A stretch of DNA of 63,933 nt, filler included, from Aduncisulcus paluster (taxonomy: Eukaryota), in the NCBI GenBank assembly GCA_024181965.1. It is 37 parts of 37 records of this genome, joined end to end, with 100 filler letters (N's around TTAATTAATTAA, not from the genome) between each part and the next. Parts side by side here need not be neighbours in the genome. Positions count along the whole stretch, not along the records: positions 35,703 to 37,183 come from BQXS01003210.1; positions 37,284 to 38,836 come from BQXS01003215.1; positions 38,937 to 40,295 come from BQXS01003219.1; positions 40,396 to 41,599 come from BQXS01003263.1; positions 41,700 to 43,145 come from BQXS01003274.1; positions 43,246 to 44,514 come from BQXS01003286.1; positions 44,615 to 47,730 come from BQXS01003292.1; 30 more parts are not named here. One strand, given 5' to 3'. Below the pieces are notes generated by a model, which saw only the letters and a program-made list of their open reading frames with translations, made no database searches and was not told where the DNA came from. Both the position numbers and the translations under genes were made by a program. Positions 35,703 to 47,276 of this stretch are shown here, in pieces. Position 1 is the stretch's first letter, and each line of letters begins with the position of its first letter.

Positions 35703-36721
35703 GAACCGTTCATCGGCACGGTGGTGCTCGGTGGCGGCTTGTTGCGCCGGTCGAATTCCCGGGTGGCCCATGACCTCATCGGTGGTATTGCCGCCGGTGA
35801 CGTGGTGACCGGATTCGCAGCCCTGGAACCGACTTCCGGCCAGTCGTTCCATTCGGTGCGTACGACCGCGCGGCGCGAAGGCCAGGACTGGGTGCTCGAC
35901 GGCGAGAAGATCGTGGTGAGCGATGCACCGATCGCCACGCATTTGATCATCACCGCACGCACCTCCGGCGATCACGCCGATACGTCCGGTCTCACACTGT
36001 TCGCGGTACCGTTCGATCCGGCCGGCCCATCCCAGGGAATCGAGGCGCATCATTACCGGACGATCGATGACCACCATGCCAGCGACCTGGTGATGACCGA
36101 TCTGCGCCTACCTGATTCTGCGCGAATCTCGGAGGTGGACCAGGCGTGGCCAGTGATCGATGCGGCGCTGGACGAGGCCACGGCCGCCACCGTGGCCGAG
36201 GCTGTCGGCATGCTGCGCAAGGTCCTCGCCGATACGGTCGAATACACCAAACAGCGTCAGCAATTCGGGGTTGCNNNNNNNNNNNNNNNNNNNNNNNNNN
36301 NNNNNNNNNNNNNNNNNNNNNNNNNNNNNNNNNNNNNNNNNNNNNNNNNNNNNNNNNNNNNNNNNNNNNNNNNNNNNNNNNNNNNNNNNNNNNNNNNNNN
36401 NNNNNNNNNNNNNNNNNNNNNNNNNNNNNNNNNNNNNNNNNNNNNNNNNNNNNNNNNNNNNAGCAGGCGGTCGCGGCCTCCTACCTAGCGTCACTGAATC
36501 TCGATGGCCCGCGGCGCACCCGCGCGGTGTCGGCCGCCAAGGCGACGATCGCACGTGCGGCGCGTCTGGTGGGGCAGGAGGCCGTCCAGCTCCATGGCGG
36601 CATGGGCATGACCGAGGAGCTGGCCATCGGGCATTACTTCAAGCGCCTCACCGCAATTGAGTCCGAGTTCGGCAACCGTGACTTCCATACCGCGCGGTAT
36701 TGCATCGCACGCACAGCTTGA
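35703..36721 (+). CDS. Acyl-CoA dehydrogenase (FadE-like), 5' partial
   Basis: LDGEK, YTKQRQQFG and AVQLHGGMGMTEE. Confidence 0.92.
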
Positions 36722-36723
36722 CT

Positions 36724-37183
36724 TCACGGCCACGCCAGGCATTCAACCGTGGCGAATACTCCCATGCGTGAAGGTNNNNNNNNNNNNNNNNNNNNNNNNN
36801 NNNNNNNNNNNNNNNNNNNNNNNNNNNNNNNNNNNNNNNNNNNNNNNNNNNNGGTGTCGCTGTTGAGGACGAGCGACTGGTTGCCCGCCGCATGTCCCGG
36901 CGAGGAGAGCAGAGCGACGCCTGGCCCGAGCAACACGCTGCCGTCGAGCGGCAGGATCTTCTCCGGCGGCAGATCGACGAAGGTCGCCGGTTGATACCAC
37001 GGCCGCTGGAACGGGTGTAAATCGGCCATGGCCTCAAGCTCATCCCGTTGCGCGAGCAATACGGCGTTGGGAAACCCGGCAGTTACCGGGTCCCGCGGAC
37101 TGATATCGGGCTGCGGGGCGGTGGTACCGAGCCAGCGGCGCACGTCCTGGGTATGCAGGTGATCGAACGCTAGGTAGTCGACC
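36724..37183 (-). CDS. Metallo-beta-lactamase-fold hydrolase, C-terminal part
   Basis: DYLAFDHLHTQD...SPGHAAGNQSL. Confidence 0.75.
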
Positions 37184-37283
37184 NNNNNNNNNNNNNNNNN
37201 NNNNNNNNNNNNNNNNNNNNNNNNNNNTTAATTAATTAANNNNNNNNNNNNNNNNNNNNNNNNNNNNNNNNNNNNNNNNNNNN

Positions 37284-37686
37284 GTTTTTGTGGGAGAAGG
37301 GCAATCCACTACTCATCGAGCATGTATTGGTCCCCCGATACGCCAATCTCTACCTATGGGGCCTGGTCGCACCGCGATCAGGCGCCGGTCGCATCATCTC
37401 TGCCGGGTCGAACTTCCTGTCGGAACTGGTTGAGCTGCAAAGACTATTTCCGGTGCCGCTATCAGACCTGGCCGGACTGCGTGTACCCGCACGATCCTCG
37501 ATGTTGGCCGGATCGGCCGAGATCCTGGGCCGTATCCGGTTATTGCGGCGGGCGGTGCGTTGGTACGCGTGGCGCGCACGTGTCCTGGGCGGCAATCTGG
37601 CGGCCCGCACACTACAGCCGCCACAATCGCACACTCCAATTCCGGAGCCCGCCGAACTATCCCCTAGTGAGGAACCTGTCGCATGA
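37284..37686 (+). CDS. Flavin-containing monooxygenase-like protein, C-terminal fragment
   Basis: P.YANLYLWGLVAPRSGAG; overlaps the SDR start (ATGA). Confidence 0.55.
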
Positions 37687-38481
37687 GCCTGCCCACCCCA
37701 ACCCCGCGCTCACGCGCCGTAGTCACCGGAGCGTCCTCCGGCATCGGCTCTGCCCTGGCGGAACAGCTTGCACAGCAGGGTCATTCATTGATACTGGTCG
37801 CCCGCCGCGAGGACCGTCTCCGTGTGCTTGCGACTCGTCTGGCCGATGCGCACAGTGTCACCGTGGAGGTGCGTGCCTGCGACCTCGCCGACCGGGCCGC
37901 ACGGGCGGGGCTCGTCGACGAGCTCCGGAGTCGCGAGATATCGATCCTGTGTAACAACGCGGGANNNNNNNNNNNNNNNNNNNNNNNNNNNNNNNNCCGC
38001 GCGTGAGCTGCGTCAGGTGGAGCTCAATTCGGTAGCGGTACATGAACTGACCCTGGCCGTACTGCCTGGAATGCTGGCACGTGCAGCGGGTGCGATCGTG
38101 ATCACCGGATCCACCGCGGGCAACCAGCCGGGACCGGGAAACGCCACGTACGCCGCGTCGAAGGCATTCGCAAACACGTTCGCCGAATCTCTGCACGGCG
38201 AGCTGCGGGGTACTGGGGTCACCTGCACACTGCTGGCTCCCGGGCCGGTCTACACCGAATTCAGCGAGGTTGCCGAGCTGTCGAATCTCGACCGGCTGCT
38301 GCCTGATCCACTGTGGGTATCTGCAGAAAAGGCTGCGGCAGTGGCGATCTCGGGGGCATCAAAAGGCAAACGGCGGGTGGTACCGGGTGCGTTCGCCAAG
38401 GTCCAGACCGTCGGCGGTCAATACACTCCGCGCACTGTCATCGGTCCGGTGTTGCGCGCGGTTTACGGGAAGGCCAAATGA
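37683..38481 (+). CDS. Short-chain dehydrogenase/reductase
   Basis: TGASSGIG, NNAG and YAASK. Confidence 0.93.
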
Positions 38482-38836
38482 TGGATTGGGAACCAGTCAT
38501 CCGGACCGAGGGGCGCAGTGTCACGGGCGATATCAGGCGCATGTTCGACCTCGCGGATCCGCGGCGCACTCTTTACCGCGACGCGCACTACTTCGCCGCC
38601 ACAGTCGAGGTCGATCCAGGTCGGATGCGGCAATGGCTGCCCGCGGGGGTACGCCTGGCCAATCCCGCGCGCGCTGACGTGTTCACGGCGTTCTTTCCGG
38701 ACTGCAACTACGGCTCTGTGTATCACGAGGCGGGGGTGTTCGTGCATATCAAAGTGCGAGGAAGGACCGGGATCCATTGTCCCTGGATGATTCTCGACGA
38801 CGACGTCGCACTCATTCTCGGTCGTGAGCTACTGGG
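38478..38836 (+). CDS. Acetoacetate decarboxylase-family protein, N-terminal part
   Basis: WLPAG...YHEAG...ALILGRELLG. Confidence 0.8.
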
Positions 38837-38936
38837 NNNNNNNNNNNNNNNNNNNNNNNNNNNNNNNNNNNNNNNNNNNNTTAATTAATTAANNNNNNNN
38901 NNNNNNNNNNNNNNNNNNNNNNNNNNNNNNNNNNNN

Positions 38937-39244
38937 ATAAGATTCAAGAGTGTTTAGGTACTGTAGATGGAATTATTATTAATCCTGCAGCTTATAGCCA
39001 TACAAGTATAGCAATTGCTGATGCAATTTCTGCTGTTTCTTTACCTGTAGTTGAAGTACATATCTCAAATATTTACAAAAGAGAAGAGTTTAGACAAAAA
39101 TCTATTACGGCATCTTCTAGCTTAGGTGTCATTACAGGTTTCGGTCCTTTTGGATATCACATGGGTCTGATTGCATTAATGCAAATTCTAAACGAGATGA
39201 AAGTTGCAAAAGAAGCACAACAAGTAACTCAAAAAGAATCGTAA
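38937..39244 (+). CDS. aroQ: Type II 3-dehydroquinate dehydratase, C-terminal part
   Basis: [17 protein letters not shown]...[14 protein letters not shown]. Confidence 0.95.
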
Positions 39245-39253
39245 TTTTATAGT

Positions 39254-40295
39254 ATGAAAAATTACATACTTCAAAATGAAAATGCAGTTTATTTTGAGTG
39301 TGGATATAGTTGTGATAATGTAATTTATATTAGTATTGGTGATGATAACTATTTCATCACCGATGCACGATATGAAATCGAAGCTAAACTCATGGCTCAG
39401 AATTGTGAAGTTATCATTACAAATAATCTTATCAAACAAACTCAAGAAATTCTTCAAAAAAGTAAAATCAAAAAAATAAACTTCGATCCAAATGATTTTA
39501 GTGTATATTTATATGAAAAACTTACATCAAATCTCAATATACAATTTATACAAAAAGAAAACTTTTCAAAACTAAAACGACTTATTAAAACAGATGCTGA
39601 GATAGATAAAATTTCTACTGCTATGAAACTGGGAANNNNNNNNNNNNNNNNNNNNNNNNNNNNNNNNNNNNNNNNNNNNNNNNNNNNNNNNNNNNNNNNN
39701 NNNNNNNNNNNNNNNNNNNNNNNNNNNNNNNNNNNNNNNNNNNNNNNNNNNNNAAACTGGGAAGAAAAGGTTTTAAAAGATTCGCCAATTTTTTAAGAAC
39801 AGATGGAATAAACAAAAGTGAAAAGTACCTTTTTTTTAAAGTAAAAGAATGTATGAGTAATTATGGTGAACTTGATTTGAGTTTTGATCCAATAGTTGCT
39901 ATAAATGAAAATAGTGCAAAACCACATGCTTTACCAACAGCTAAACTTATGAAAAAAAATGATTTTTTACTAGTTGATGCTGGTGTCAAATATGAAAGAT
40001 ATTGTAGTGATAGAACATGTTGTACAAGTATAAGTAAAAATATGAGCTTTGGTAGAGGACAAAAATTTAAAACTAAATTAGAACAAAAAATATACGACAT
40101 AGTTTTAAAAGCACAACTAACAGCAATAAGTAAAGTTAGAAGTGGTATGAAAGCTAGCCAAGTTGATAAATTAGCAAGAGATGTTATTGAAAAATCTGGT
40201 TATGGAAAATATTTTATCCATAGTACTGGACATGGTGTTGGCTTGGATATTCATGAGTATCCAAATATAAATAGTAGAAGTGATGTTATTTTAGA
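39254..40295 (+). CDS. Xaa-Pro aminopeptidase (M24 family), gapped and 3' partial
   Basis: ITDARY, KPHA, YCSDRT and HSTGHGVGLDIHE. Confidence 0.92.
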
Positions 40296-40395
40296 NNNNN
40301 NNNNNNNNNNNNNNNNNNNNNNNNNNNNNNNNNNNNNNNTTAATTAATTAANNNNNNNNNNNNNNNNNNNNNNNNNNNNNNNNNNNNNNNNNNNN

Positions 40396-41023
40396 CAGCT
40401 GCTTTACACCTATATCCTTTATAAAGGATACGGTTTCCTTAACCCTGTCATCAACCTCTTTCAGGTGCAGGCCCCCTATAATGGCATAGGTTCTGACATC
40501 TCGCGTTATATTCGTCGCCCGTTCAATGATGTTGCATATGCCAGAATGAGAACAGCCCGTAATGATTATATTGCCATAGGCACTTTTTACAACAATGGCA
40601 CTGTCATCAAGAATAGGATCATCTGTCCCATCTTTTAAAACAGAAAAGGCCGGTGCCTTTTCAAAATCAAAGACCCTTGGTACACCACCCATGAAATAGA
40701 CATTATCATAGAGTTCTACAGGAGAATCGCTCATTCGCAACGTAAAGCGCTTCTGCGCTTGCTTGAGGGTCAATGGCAAACCAATCGAAGTATTGTCTTT
40801 TTTTCTGTAGCGTTCGACAAAACATCCCACATGGCACACTAGTTCTTTATTGATCAGGTAGGACAAGCCGTTTCCATGATCATAATGACCATGGCTCAAA
40901 ACGACAAAATGCGCGGCGTTAACATCTATGCCCATGGCAACTGCATTTTTTATAAACAAGGAAGACTGGCCTGTGTCAAACAAGATTTTCACTTCCCCAA
41001 TTTCAAGAAAGAGCGACAACCCG
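40396..41023 (-). CDS. MBL-fold metallohydrolase (7,8-dihydropterin-type)
   Basis: LFDTG, SHGHYDHGNG, GCSHSG and GGLHL. Confidence 0.88.
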
Positions 41024-41043
41024 NNNNNNNNNNNNNNNNNNNN

Positions 41044-41200
41044 GTTTGAGCATTTTGTCTGGGCACATATCTTTGGTGTTCAGGTCAATATGGTCCATTT
41101 CGATTTCCTTTTCAGGTGCATAGCCTGTCCAGTAGGACGGCACCTGATGGGTAAAGCCACAGGTTTCACATTTATAAAATACGGTCTCCATCGTCAACAT
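41044..41200 (-). CDS. Small CxxC protein
   Basis: AGGGG SD; MLTMETVFYKCETCGFTHQVP...MCP. Confidence 0.6.
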
Positions 41201-41210
41201 CCCCTGTCCC

Positions 41211-41599
41211 TTATTGTAATCGAACGTCTGTCAAACGTTCTGCAATCTCTTCGAATATTTCCTCACTGGTGGACACATCGGAATGAATGACTTCAAACAC
41301 ATCAGCCACCGTGTTATGGATTTCTTCTTTTTTTATTTTCTGACGGGTTCGTATGGGAATGTAAAACAAATCAAGATAGGCGCCGCCATCGTCTGTTGGA
41401 ATCATATAATACTGATTCAAATCTACGGCCCCGAGTCTTTCATAAAAACGAACACGTTTCTTTTGTATTTCATAATTGTTCGGATCGGATGGATCAGGCT
41501 GTTCCACTTCCAAAAACAGGCCCTTTACCGATTCCGGCAAACTGTCCAAGAGGTTTTCAATAAATTTTGATCCATACCCCTTGCCTCTAAAATCCTCTT
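41211..41599 (-). CDS. GNAT acetyltransferase, C-terminal part
   Basis: FRGKGYGS acetyl-CoA motif, LEVE and RVRFYERLG. Confidence 0.85.
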
Positions 41600-41699
41600 N
41601 NNNNNNNNNNNNNNNNNNNNNNNNNNNNNNNNNNNNNNNNNNNTTAATTAATTAANNNNNNNNNNNNNNNNNNNNNNNNNNNNNNNNNNNNNNNNNNNN

Positions 41700-42292
41700 C
41701 ATTTAAAGGACTTTATGGATTTCCTGGTGCTATATGTACCTCTCTCAATGAAGTAGTGATTCATGGTATTCCAAATAATTCAGTTCTTAAAGAAGGCGAT
41801 ATTTTAGGAATAGATATTGGGAGTGAAATCGATGGTTGGTATGGTGATGCTGCTATTACTATGCCAATTGGTAAAATAAGTAAAGAAGATGAAGCTTTAA
41901 TTGCTTGTAGTAAAGATGCTTTGTATCATGCAATTGATATTATCAAAGAAGGTATGAGGTTTAAAGAGTTAAGTTTAGCATTAGAAAATTTTATTACTGA
42001 TCGTGGATTTGTTCCATTAGTAAAATTTTGTGGACATGGTATAGGTCGAGAACCTCATTGTGATCCTGAAGTGCCAAATTATCTTGATAGTCCTAACCCA
42101 AAACAGGGTCCTAAAATTAAAAATGGAATGATTTTTTGTTTAGAACCTATGATATGTCAAAAAGATGAAGAGCCTGTAATTGATGAAAACGATAAATGGT
42201 CAGTACGAAGTGCTGATGGTTTACGAACAAGTCATTATGAGCACCAAGTTGCTATTGTAAATGGCAAAGCAGAGATATTAACTCAACTATAA
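41700..42292 (+). CDS. map: Methionine aminopeptidase, 5' partial
   Basis: GDAAIT, CGHGIG, EPMI and HYEH. Confidence 0.95.
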
Positions 42293-42310
42293 GTTTTAAA
42301 AGGAAAAAAA

Positions 42311-42570
42311 ATGGCAAAAGATGATGTAATCGTTGTTGATGGTAAGGTTATTGAGGTTTTACCTAATGCAACATTTAAAGTTCAGCTTGATAATGGTCAT
42401 GTGGTTTTGTGTCACANNNNNNNNNNNNNNNNNNNNNNNNNNNNNNNNNNNNTCACATATCAGGAAAAATGAGAATGCATTATATTAAAATTCTTTTAAG
42501 TGATACTGTAAAAGTAGAAATTACTCCTTATTCTTTAGATAAGGGAAGAATTACACACCGATATAAATAA
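42311..42570 (+). CDS. infA: Translation initiation factor IF-1 (gapped)
   Basis: [22 protein letters not shown]...SGKMRMHYI...KGRITHRYK. Confidence 0.95.
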
Positions 42571-42590
42571 AATTATATTACACTAAATTG

Positions 42591-42632
42591 AAAAAGAGGG
42601 AGGAAGCTGTTTATAGCTTCCTCCCTTTTTTT
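42591..42632. terminator. Bidirectional intrinsic terminator
   Basis: AAAAAGAGGGAGGAAGCT...AGCTTCCTCCCTTTTTTT between convergent genes. Confidence 0.88.
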
Positions 42633-42649
42633 ATGTCAGATTTTTAGAT

Positions 42650-42880
42650 TTAAGAAACTTTTTGTTGCTCTTCTTCTATTCTTGATTCTAGCTTTTGTTT
42701 TTGATCAATTAAAAACATTATGTTTTCTTTTAACGCTTGTCTGTCTTGATAAGATTCAATAATAAACTCATACAATTTTGGTCTATTTTGTTTCCAATTA
42801 TGTAATGTAGTTTTATTTACTTCTAAATCACTTTCCATTTTTCTTAAGCTTGGGCCAGTTTTTACTTTGGGTGCTGTCAT
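42650..42880 (-). CDS. Small HTH-like protein with a coiled-coil tail
   Basis: SLRKMESDLEVNKTTLHNWK; AAGGA SD. Confidence 0.65.
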   Translation of the reverse strand: MTAPKVKTGPSLRKMESDLEVNKTTLHNWKQNRPKLYEFIIESYQDRQALKENIMFLIDQKQKLESRIEEEQQKVS

Positions 42881-43009
42881 TTTCATCCTTGTGTTAAGTC
42901 GTCTTTGAATTGTACAATTATATGGAACAAAAGTCAATAAAATTAATATATCTGTTCCAATTATTGGAACAAAAGGTGTTGAAAGGCTAGCTTTTGTATA
43001 ATTTTATTT

Positions 43010-43145
43010 ATGAACATAACAAATAAGATGAAATCAGAGATAATTGATATTTTAACAACAAATAAAATTTTAGGTAATGAATATGTAGAGAATATTTATT
43101 TATCCAATAAGAAACAAGAAAATTTTATTTTACCTAATAGTATTG
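43010..43145 (+). CDS. Hypothetical protein, N-terminal fragment
   Basis: ATG ORF just after TTGAAA-N..-TATAAT. Confidence 0.45.
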
Positions 43146-43245
43146 NNNNNNNNNNNNNNNNNNNNNNNNNNNNNNNNNNNNNNNNNNNNTTAATTAATTA
43201 ANNNNNNNNNNNNNNNNNNNNNNNNNNNNNNNNNNNNNNNNNNNN

Positions 43246-44153
43246 CTCGATCTCGCGCATCCCAATGAGGTCGTGTGCCTCGCGGAAAGGCAGAAAAAGG
43301 TCATCCAGGTCGGCAGTGCCGCCGTCGGCCTGGATACGTTCGAGCGCATTGCGCATCCCACCCAACGCCGACATCAGCAGGGCTCCGGGCAGACTGACCC
43401 GGGCCACACCAAGGTCCTGGAGTTCACGAAAGGTCAAGTGCTGTGGTGACTTCCCGCCTTCGATCACGTTGACCGCTACCGGGCCGTCAATCCCTGTCAC
43501 CGCCGCACGGATCTCATCGCGGGAGGTGACACCTTCTACGAAGATCATCGTGGCGCCTGCCGCCAGATACGCATTGCCACGGCGGATGGCCCCGGCGATA
43601 CCCTCCACGGCGAGTGCATCCGTTCGTGCGTTGATGACAAAGTCAGGATCGGTGCGTGCCTCGGCGGCCGCCCGAATCTTGATGGTCGCCTCATCCAGGT
43701 CGAGGNNNNNNNNNNNNNNNNNNNNNNNNNNNNNNNNNNNNNNNNNNNNNNNNNNNNNNNNNNNNNNNNNNNNNNNNNNNNNNNNNNNNNNNNNNNNNNN
43801 NNNTTCGGGGTGATCTGGTCCTCCAGGTTCACCCCGGCCGCCCCGGCTTCTTCGAAGGCCCGCACCGCGTAATGAGTATTCACAGCATTGCCGAACCCGT
43901 TGTCGCCATCGGCCATTACCGGTACGTGCACACTGCGGACGATGCGAGCAGTGCACGCGACCATGTCCTCCATGGAGATCAAGGAATAGTCGGGCCGGCC
44001 GAAATGCACTCCGGAGATGGCCGCCCCGCTGCATTGCAGAGCGGGGAAGCCCGCCCGTTCCGTCAACCTCGCACTAAACGGGTCGAAAACGCCTGGCATC
44101 ACCACTATTTCGGGGGATCGGATTAAATCCTTGAGCATAGCTGCGGCGGTCAT
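43246..44153 (-). CDS. Isocitrate lyase/PEP mutase family protein
   Basis: PGVFDPFSA, ADGDNGFG, NLEDQ and NARTDA. Confidence 0.9.
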
Positions 44154-44514
44154 CGTTCACTCGCCTCCGAATCTTCACCGGCGGTTGCGATTCGCTCGAG
44201 CAAGAGCAGAGCGCGGTCTATGATTTCGAGCTCCTTATCGTCGTAGGCCTCGTCCAACACATCAGCTAGCCATCGATCCCGCAGCTGCCGGCTTCCTTCT
44301 AGTTCCTTGATAATGCTGGGGGATAGGGTGATCAGCTGGCGGCGTGCATCGAGCGGATCGGATGTCCGATGAATCGCTCCGCGCTCTTCAAGAGCGGCGA
44401 TGATAGTGGCCATCGATTGACGTCGCACACCTTCGGCGACAGCGAGATCGCTGGTGGATGCGGGCCCGTCGTGTGACAGACGACTGATCACCGAAATCTG
44501 TGAAGGCGTCATGT
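44150..44514 (-). CDS. MarR-family transcriptional regulator
   Basis: SDLAVAEGVRRQSM...LEERG...DPLDARRQLITL. Confidence 0.88.
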
Positions 44515-44614
44515 NNNNNNNNNNNNNNNNNNNNNNNNNNNNNNNNNNNNNNNNNNNNTTAATTAATTAANNNNNNNNNNNNNNNNNNNNNNNNNNNNNN
44601 NNNNNNNNNNNNNN

Positions 44615-45638
44615 AGGTTGAGCGAGAGCATGGCGTATTGATCACTGAGTTTTGCGACAAGTTATTAAAGCGCTTTGAAATGTATGAATTTGCTAAATTG
44701 TCAGAATCTACGGTTAAAGAGAAAAAGCGTCACTTGGAGATTTTCAGAAATCGCTTTGGCACTATTCGAATTAAGAGAATTTCTGTTTTAGACATTAACG
44801 CCCTACTTGATGAGTATGTCGAGGACGGAAAACTTAGCGCGGCAAAAACGCTGCGCTCTTACCTGAGCATATTCTTTAAAGAGGCTCAATATATGGGGTT
44901 TGTAGATTCTGGTTTTAATCCGGCACTGTCCACTCGCCCAATAGAAGCAAAAGTAAAACGTGCACGTATTACCGAAAGCGACTTTTCTGTTTTTTGGGAA
45001 AATTGTCAAAATGGTAAATCCAAGCATTTTATCGATTCTGTGAAAATTGCGGTGACAACTGGGTTACGCAGAAGCGACATTGTGAATTTGAAGTTTTCGG
45101 ATGTTAGTGATGGTTACTTGCATGTTTCGTTAGGCAAGTCGCGAGGAAAAACGAACCTTGCTTTCCCATTAANNNNNNNNNNNNNNNNNNNNNNNNNNNN
45201 NNNNNNNNNNNNNNNNNNNNNNNNNNNNNNNNNNNNNNNNNNNNNNNNNNNNNNNNNNNNNNNNNNNNNNNNNNNNNNNNNNNNNNTGGTGAAACACTCG
45301 GGGAAATCATTTCTGGTTGTCGTAGAAAAGTCGTTTCTCGATTTGTGGTGCACCATCAAAATTCAGCGCCAAGAGTGAAGATTGGCGGTCAGGTAAACCC
45401 AAGCTCGCTATCGCAATCATTTCGCGCAATATGGGACAAGTCTGGAATCAAGACCGTAAGTGGCAAGACGGCGCCAACATTTCACGAATTGCGCTCACTG
45501 TGCGTTCGTAGTTACGGCTCAGGTGCTGGTGATTTGCAGAAGTTACTAGGTCATGCAGATCAAAACACTACAGAGGTTTACCTAGACGAGCGAGACAAAG
45601 CCAAAATCAATTACATCGATGTGCCGGAGGTGGCCTAA
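44615..45638 (+). CDS. int: Lambda-type tyrosine integrase (5' partial, gapped)
   Basis: VKRARIT, TGLRRSDI, PTFHELRSL and LLGH...TTEVY: R-H-R-H-Y catalytic set. Confidence 0.9.
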
Positions 45639-45892
45639 TGAAAACTCAAGATCAAGTGTTGGATGAATCGTGCGAAATGTTAGCTCATGTTCAGCTGGTG
45701 GTTAACTTAACCAAGACACAACTAACAAGCCTAACGCTCAAAGAACTACAGGAGCGGCTTGAGGTGATAAATGCAAGCGTTATGTCTAGTCACACAAAGT
45801 TAAGCGCTTTACGCACTACAGAGCACTTGGAGAGCCGCAGGCGAGATATACAGCTACTGCAAACACAACCGAATCTAAAGTTAGTTAAGTAA
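45638..45892 (+). CDS. Small coiled-coil phage protein coupled to the integrase
   Basis: GGAGG SD and TAATG overlap; 84 aa. Confidence 0.7.
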   Translation: MKTQDQVLDESCEMLAHVQLVVNLTKTQLTSLTLKELQERLEVINASVMSSHTKLSALRTTEHLESRRRDIQLLQTQPNLKLVK

Positions 45893-45903
45893 CCAAACAA
45901 ACT

Positions 45904-45925
45904 AAGCCCACCACGGGCTTTTTTT
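45904..45925 (+). terminator. Intrinsic terminator
   Basis: AAGCCC-ACCAC-GGGCTT followed by TTTTT. Confidence 0.85.
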
Positions 45926-46169
45926 GTGCTCAAAAAAGTTAGTAAGCGCTTACACACTTTATGGTTAATACATGGTAAGATCCACGCCGTTGATAGCGTC
46001 ACCTCGCTGTGGTTCGGAATTGATTGAAAACGGCACAGCGCGGAGCGTAGTAGCGACTTTGTGCTTTATGGCAGTCGAGACTATTCACTCATACCCAAAA
46101 CGCTTTGCTATGCGATATAGAGCGTTTTAGGGAATGGTTGAAAATCACAAAACGCTTGGAGTTCACATT

Positions 46170-46689
46170 ATGAGTAGACAGTTAGAGCGCTTATCGAAGA
46201 TCGGAAGANNNNNNNNNNNNNNNNNNNNCTACTGCTGATATTCGCGTGACTGGTAACAAGCTAAGCCAATCAGACCTTGCTTATGGGCTTTCTGGTTTAA
46301 GCGCGGAAGCAATGGCATGGGCGTCATTGGCCTATGTGAATAGCAACGATGAAAAGTCACTAAACATGCTAGTTAGCCGGATCACTCAGTTATTGCAAAA
46401 GCGGTATCAGGGCACACAACCAAAAATACTAATGGGATTGGTGAAAATCTGCTTTCACGAAGCTCTTACCCAAGGACGAAATCTCGAAAACGACGAAAAG
46501 ACGAGAAGAAAGGGATTAACTACAGCAGCCAAAGCTCGCGCAATGGGAATACAGCGATGTAGTTATTACAAGGAAAAGAAGAAATACGGCGAAATCATAA
46601 ATGCAATTACCTATGTGATTAATCGGTGGGAAGACCAAATCACAGAAAGCATGGATAGACGTATATCTGGAAAATCTCTGAAAAAGTGA
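46170..46689 (+). CDS. Phage antitermination Q-like / late-regulator protein
   Basis: GGAG SD; LSQSDLAYGLSG N-terminal motif and a C-terminal HTH-like AKARAMGIQRCSYY. Confidence 0.55.
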
Positions 46690-46987
46690 CAATTAAGCGG
46701 CTTTTTTGGTTCGGTTTGAGTTCACTTTCTTCAATAACGAATCACTAAAGCGAAGTAATGGGAATGTAAGGCGCAATTTTTGAAAATAAACTTTTTTGGA
46801 TTATTGACAACTAAAGGCCAGACGCCACGCGAACTGTAGCCATTTTTTTTATTTTCATTTCGCACATTTCGCACGGACAAGAAGGTGCGAGAAAAACACG
46901 TCAAAAACGGAATTTCCATAAATTGAAAACAGCCAATTTAGCAAAATATAGATTTTCATTTGGCACAATTGGCACAAGAGAGAGCCA

Positions 46988-47257
46988 ATGGAAAAAGAGA
47001 GAAAAAACGAAGTGCCGAATTACCAAAAAGCAGCAAATTGCAAATTCATCATTTCCGACTTAATCAGCACTCTTGAGAAAGTCGGCTTCGTAAAGCACGA
47101 GGAAGATTTGCAGTTTTTAGCCAATATCAGCGAAGTAGATTGCTTGAGATTGATGAAGGCTGGTGGTAGAGCGCTAAAACAAGGGGAAGACGTTTTTCCT
47201 CACATGCACGAGCAAATAGCATTCATGCTTGAGCGCTGGCGAAAACGCCAAAACTAA
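46988..47257 (+). CDS. Hypothetical phage protein
   Basis: 89-aa ATG ORF with a purine-rich upstream sequence. Confidence 0.6.
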   Translation: MEKERKNEVPNYQKAANCKFIISDLISTLEKVGFVKHEEDLQFLANISEVDCLRLMKAGGRALKQGEDVFPHMHEQIAFMLERWRKRQN

Positions 47258-47276
47258 AAAACCAAAAGGTAAATTT

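Noticed and set aside
45986-46040. Hammerhead or HDV-like ribozyme in the phage leader
   Set aside because: There is no CUGAnGA core, the would-be cleavage base is G, and the helix order does not fit the HDV fold.
46961-46985. Sigma-54 promoter at TGGCAC (also the reverse-strand TGGCAC near 33001)
   Set aside because: No GC at the -12 position with the required spacing.
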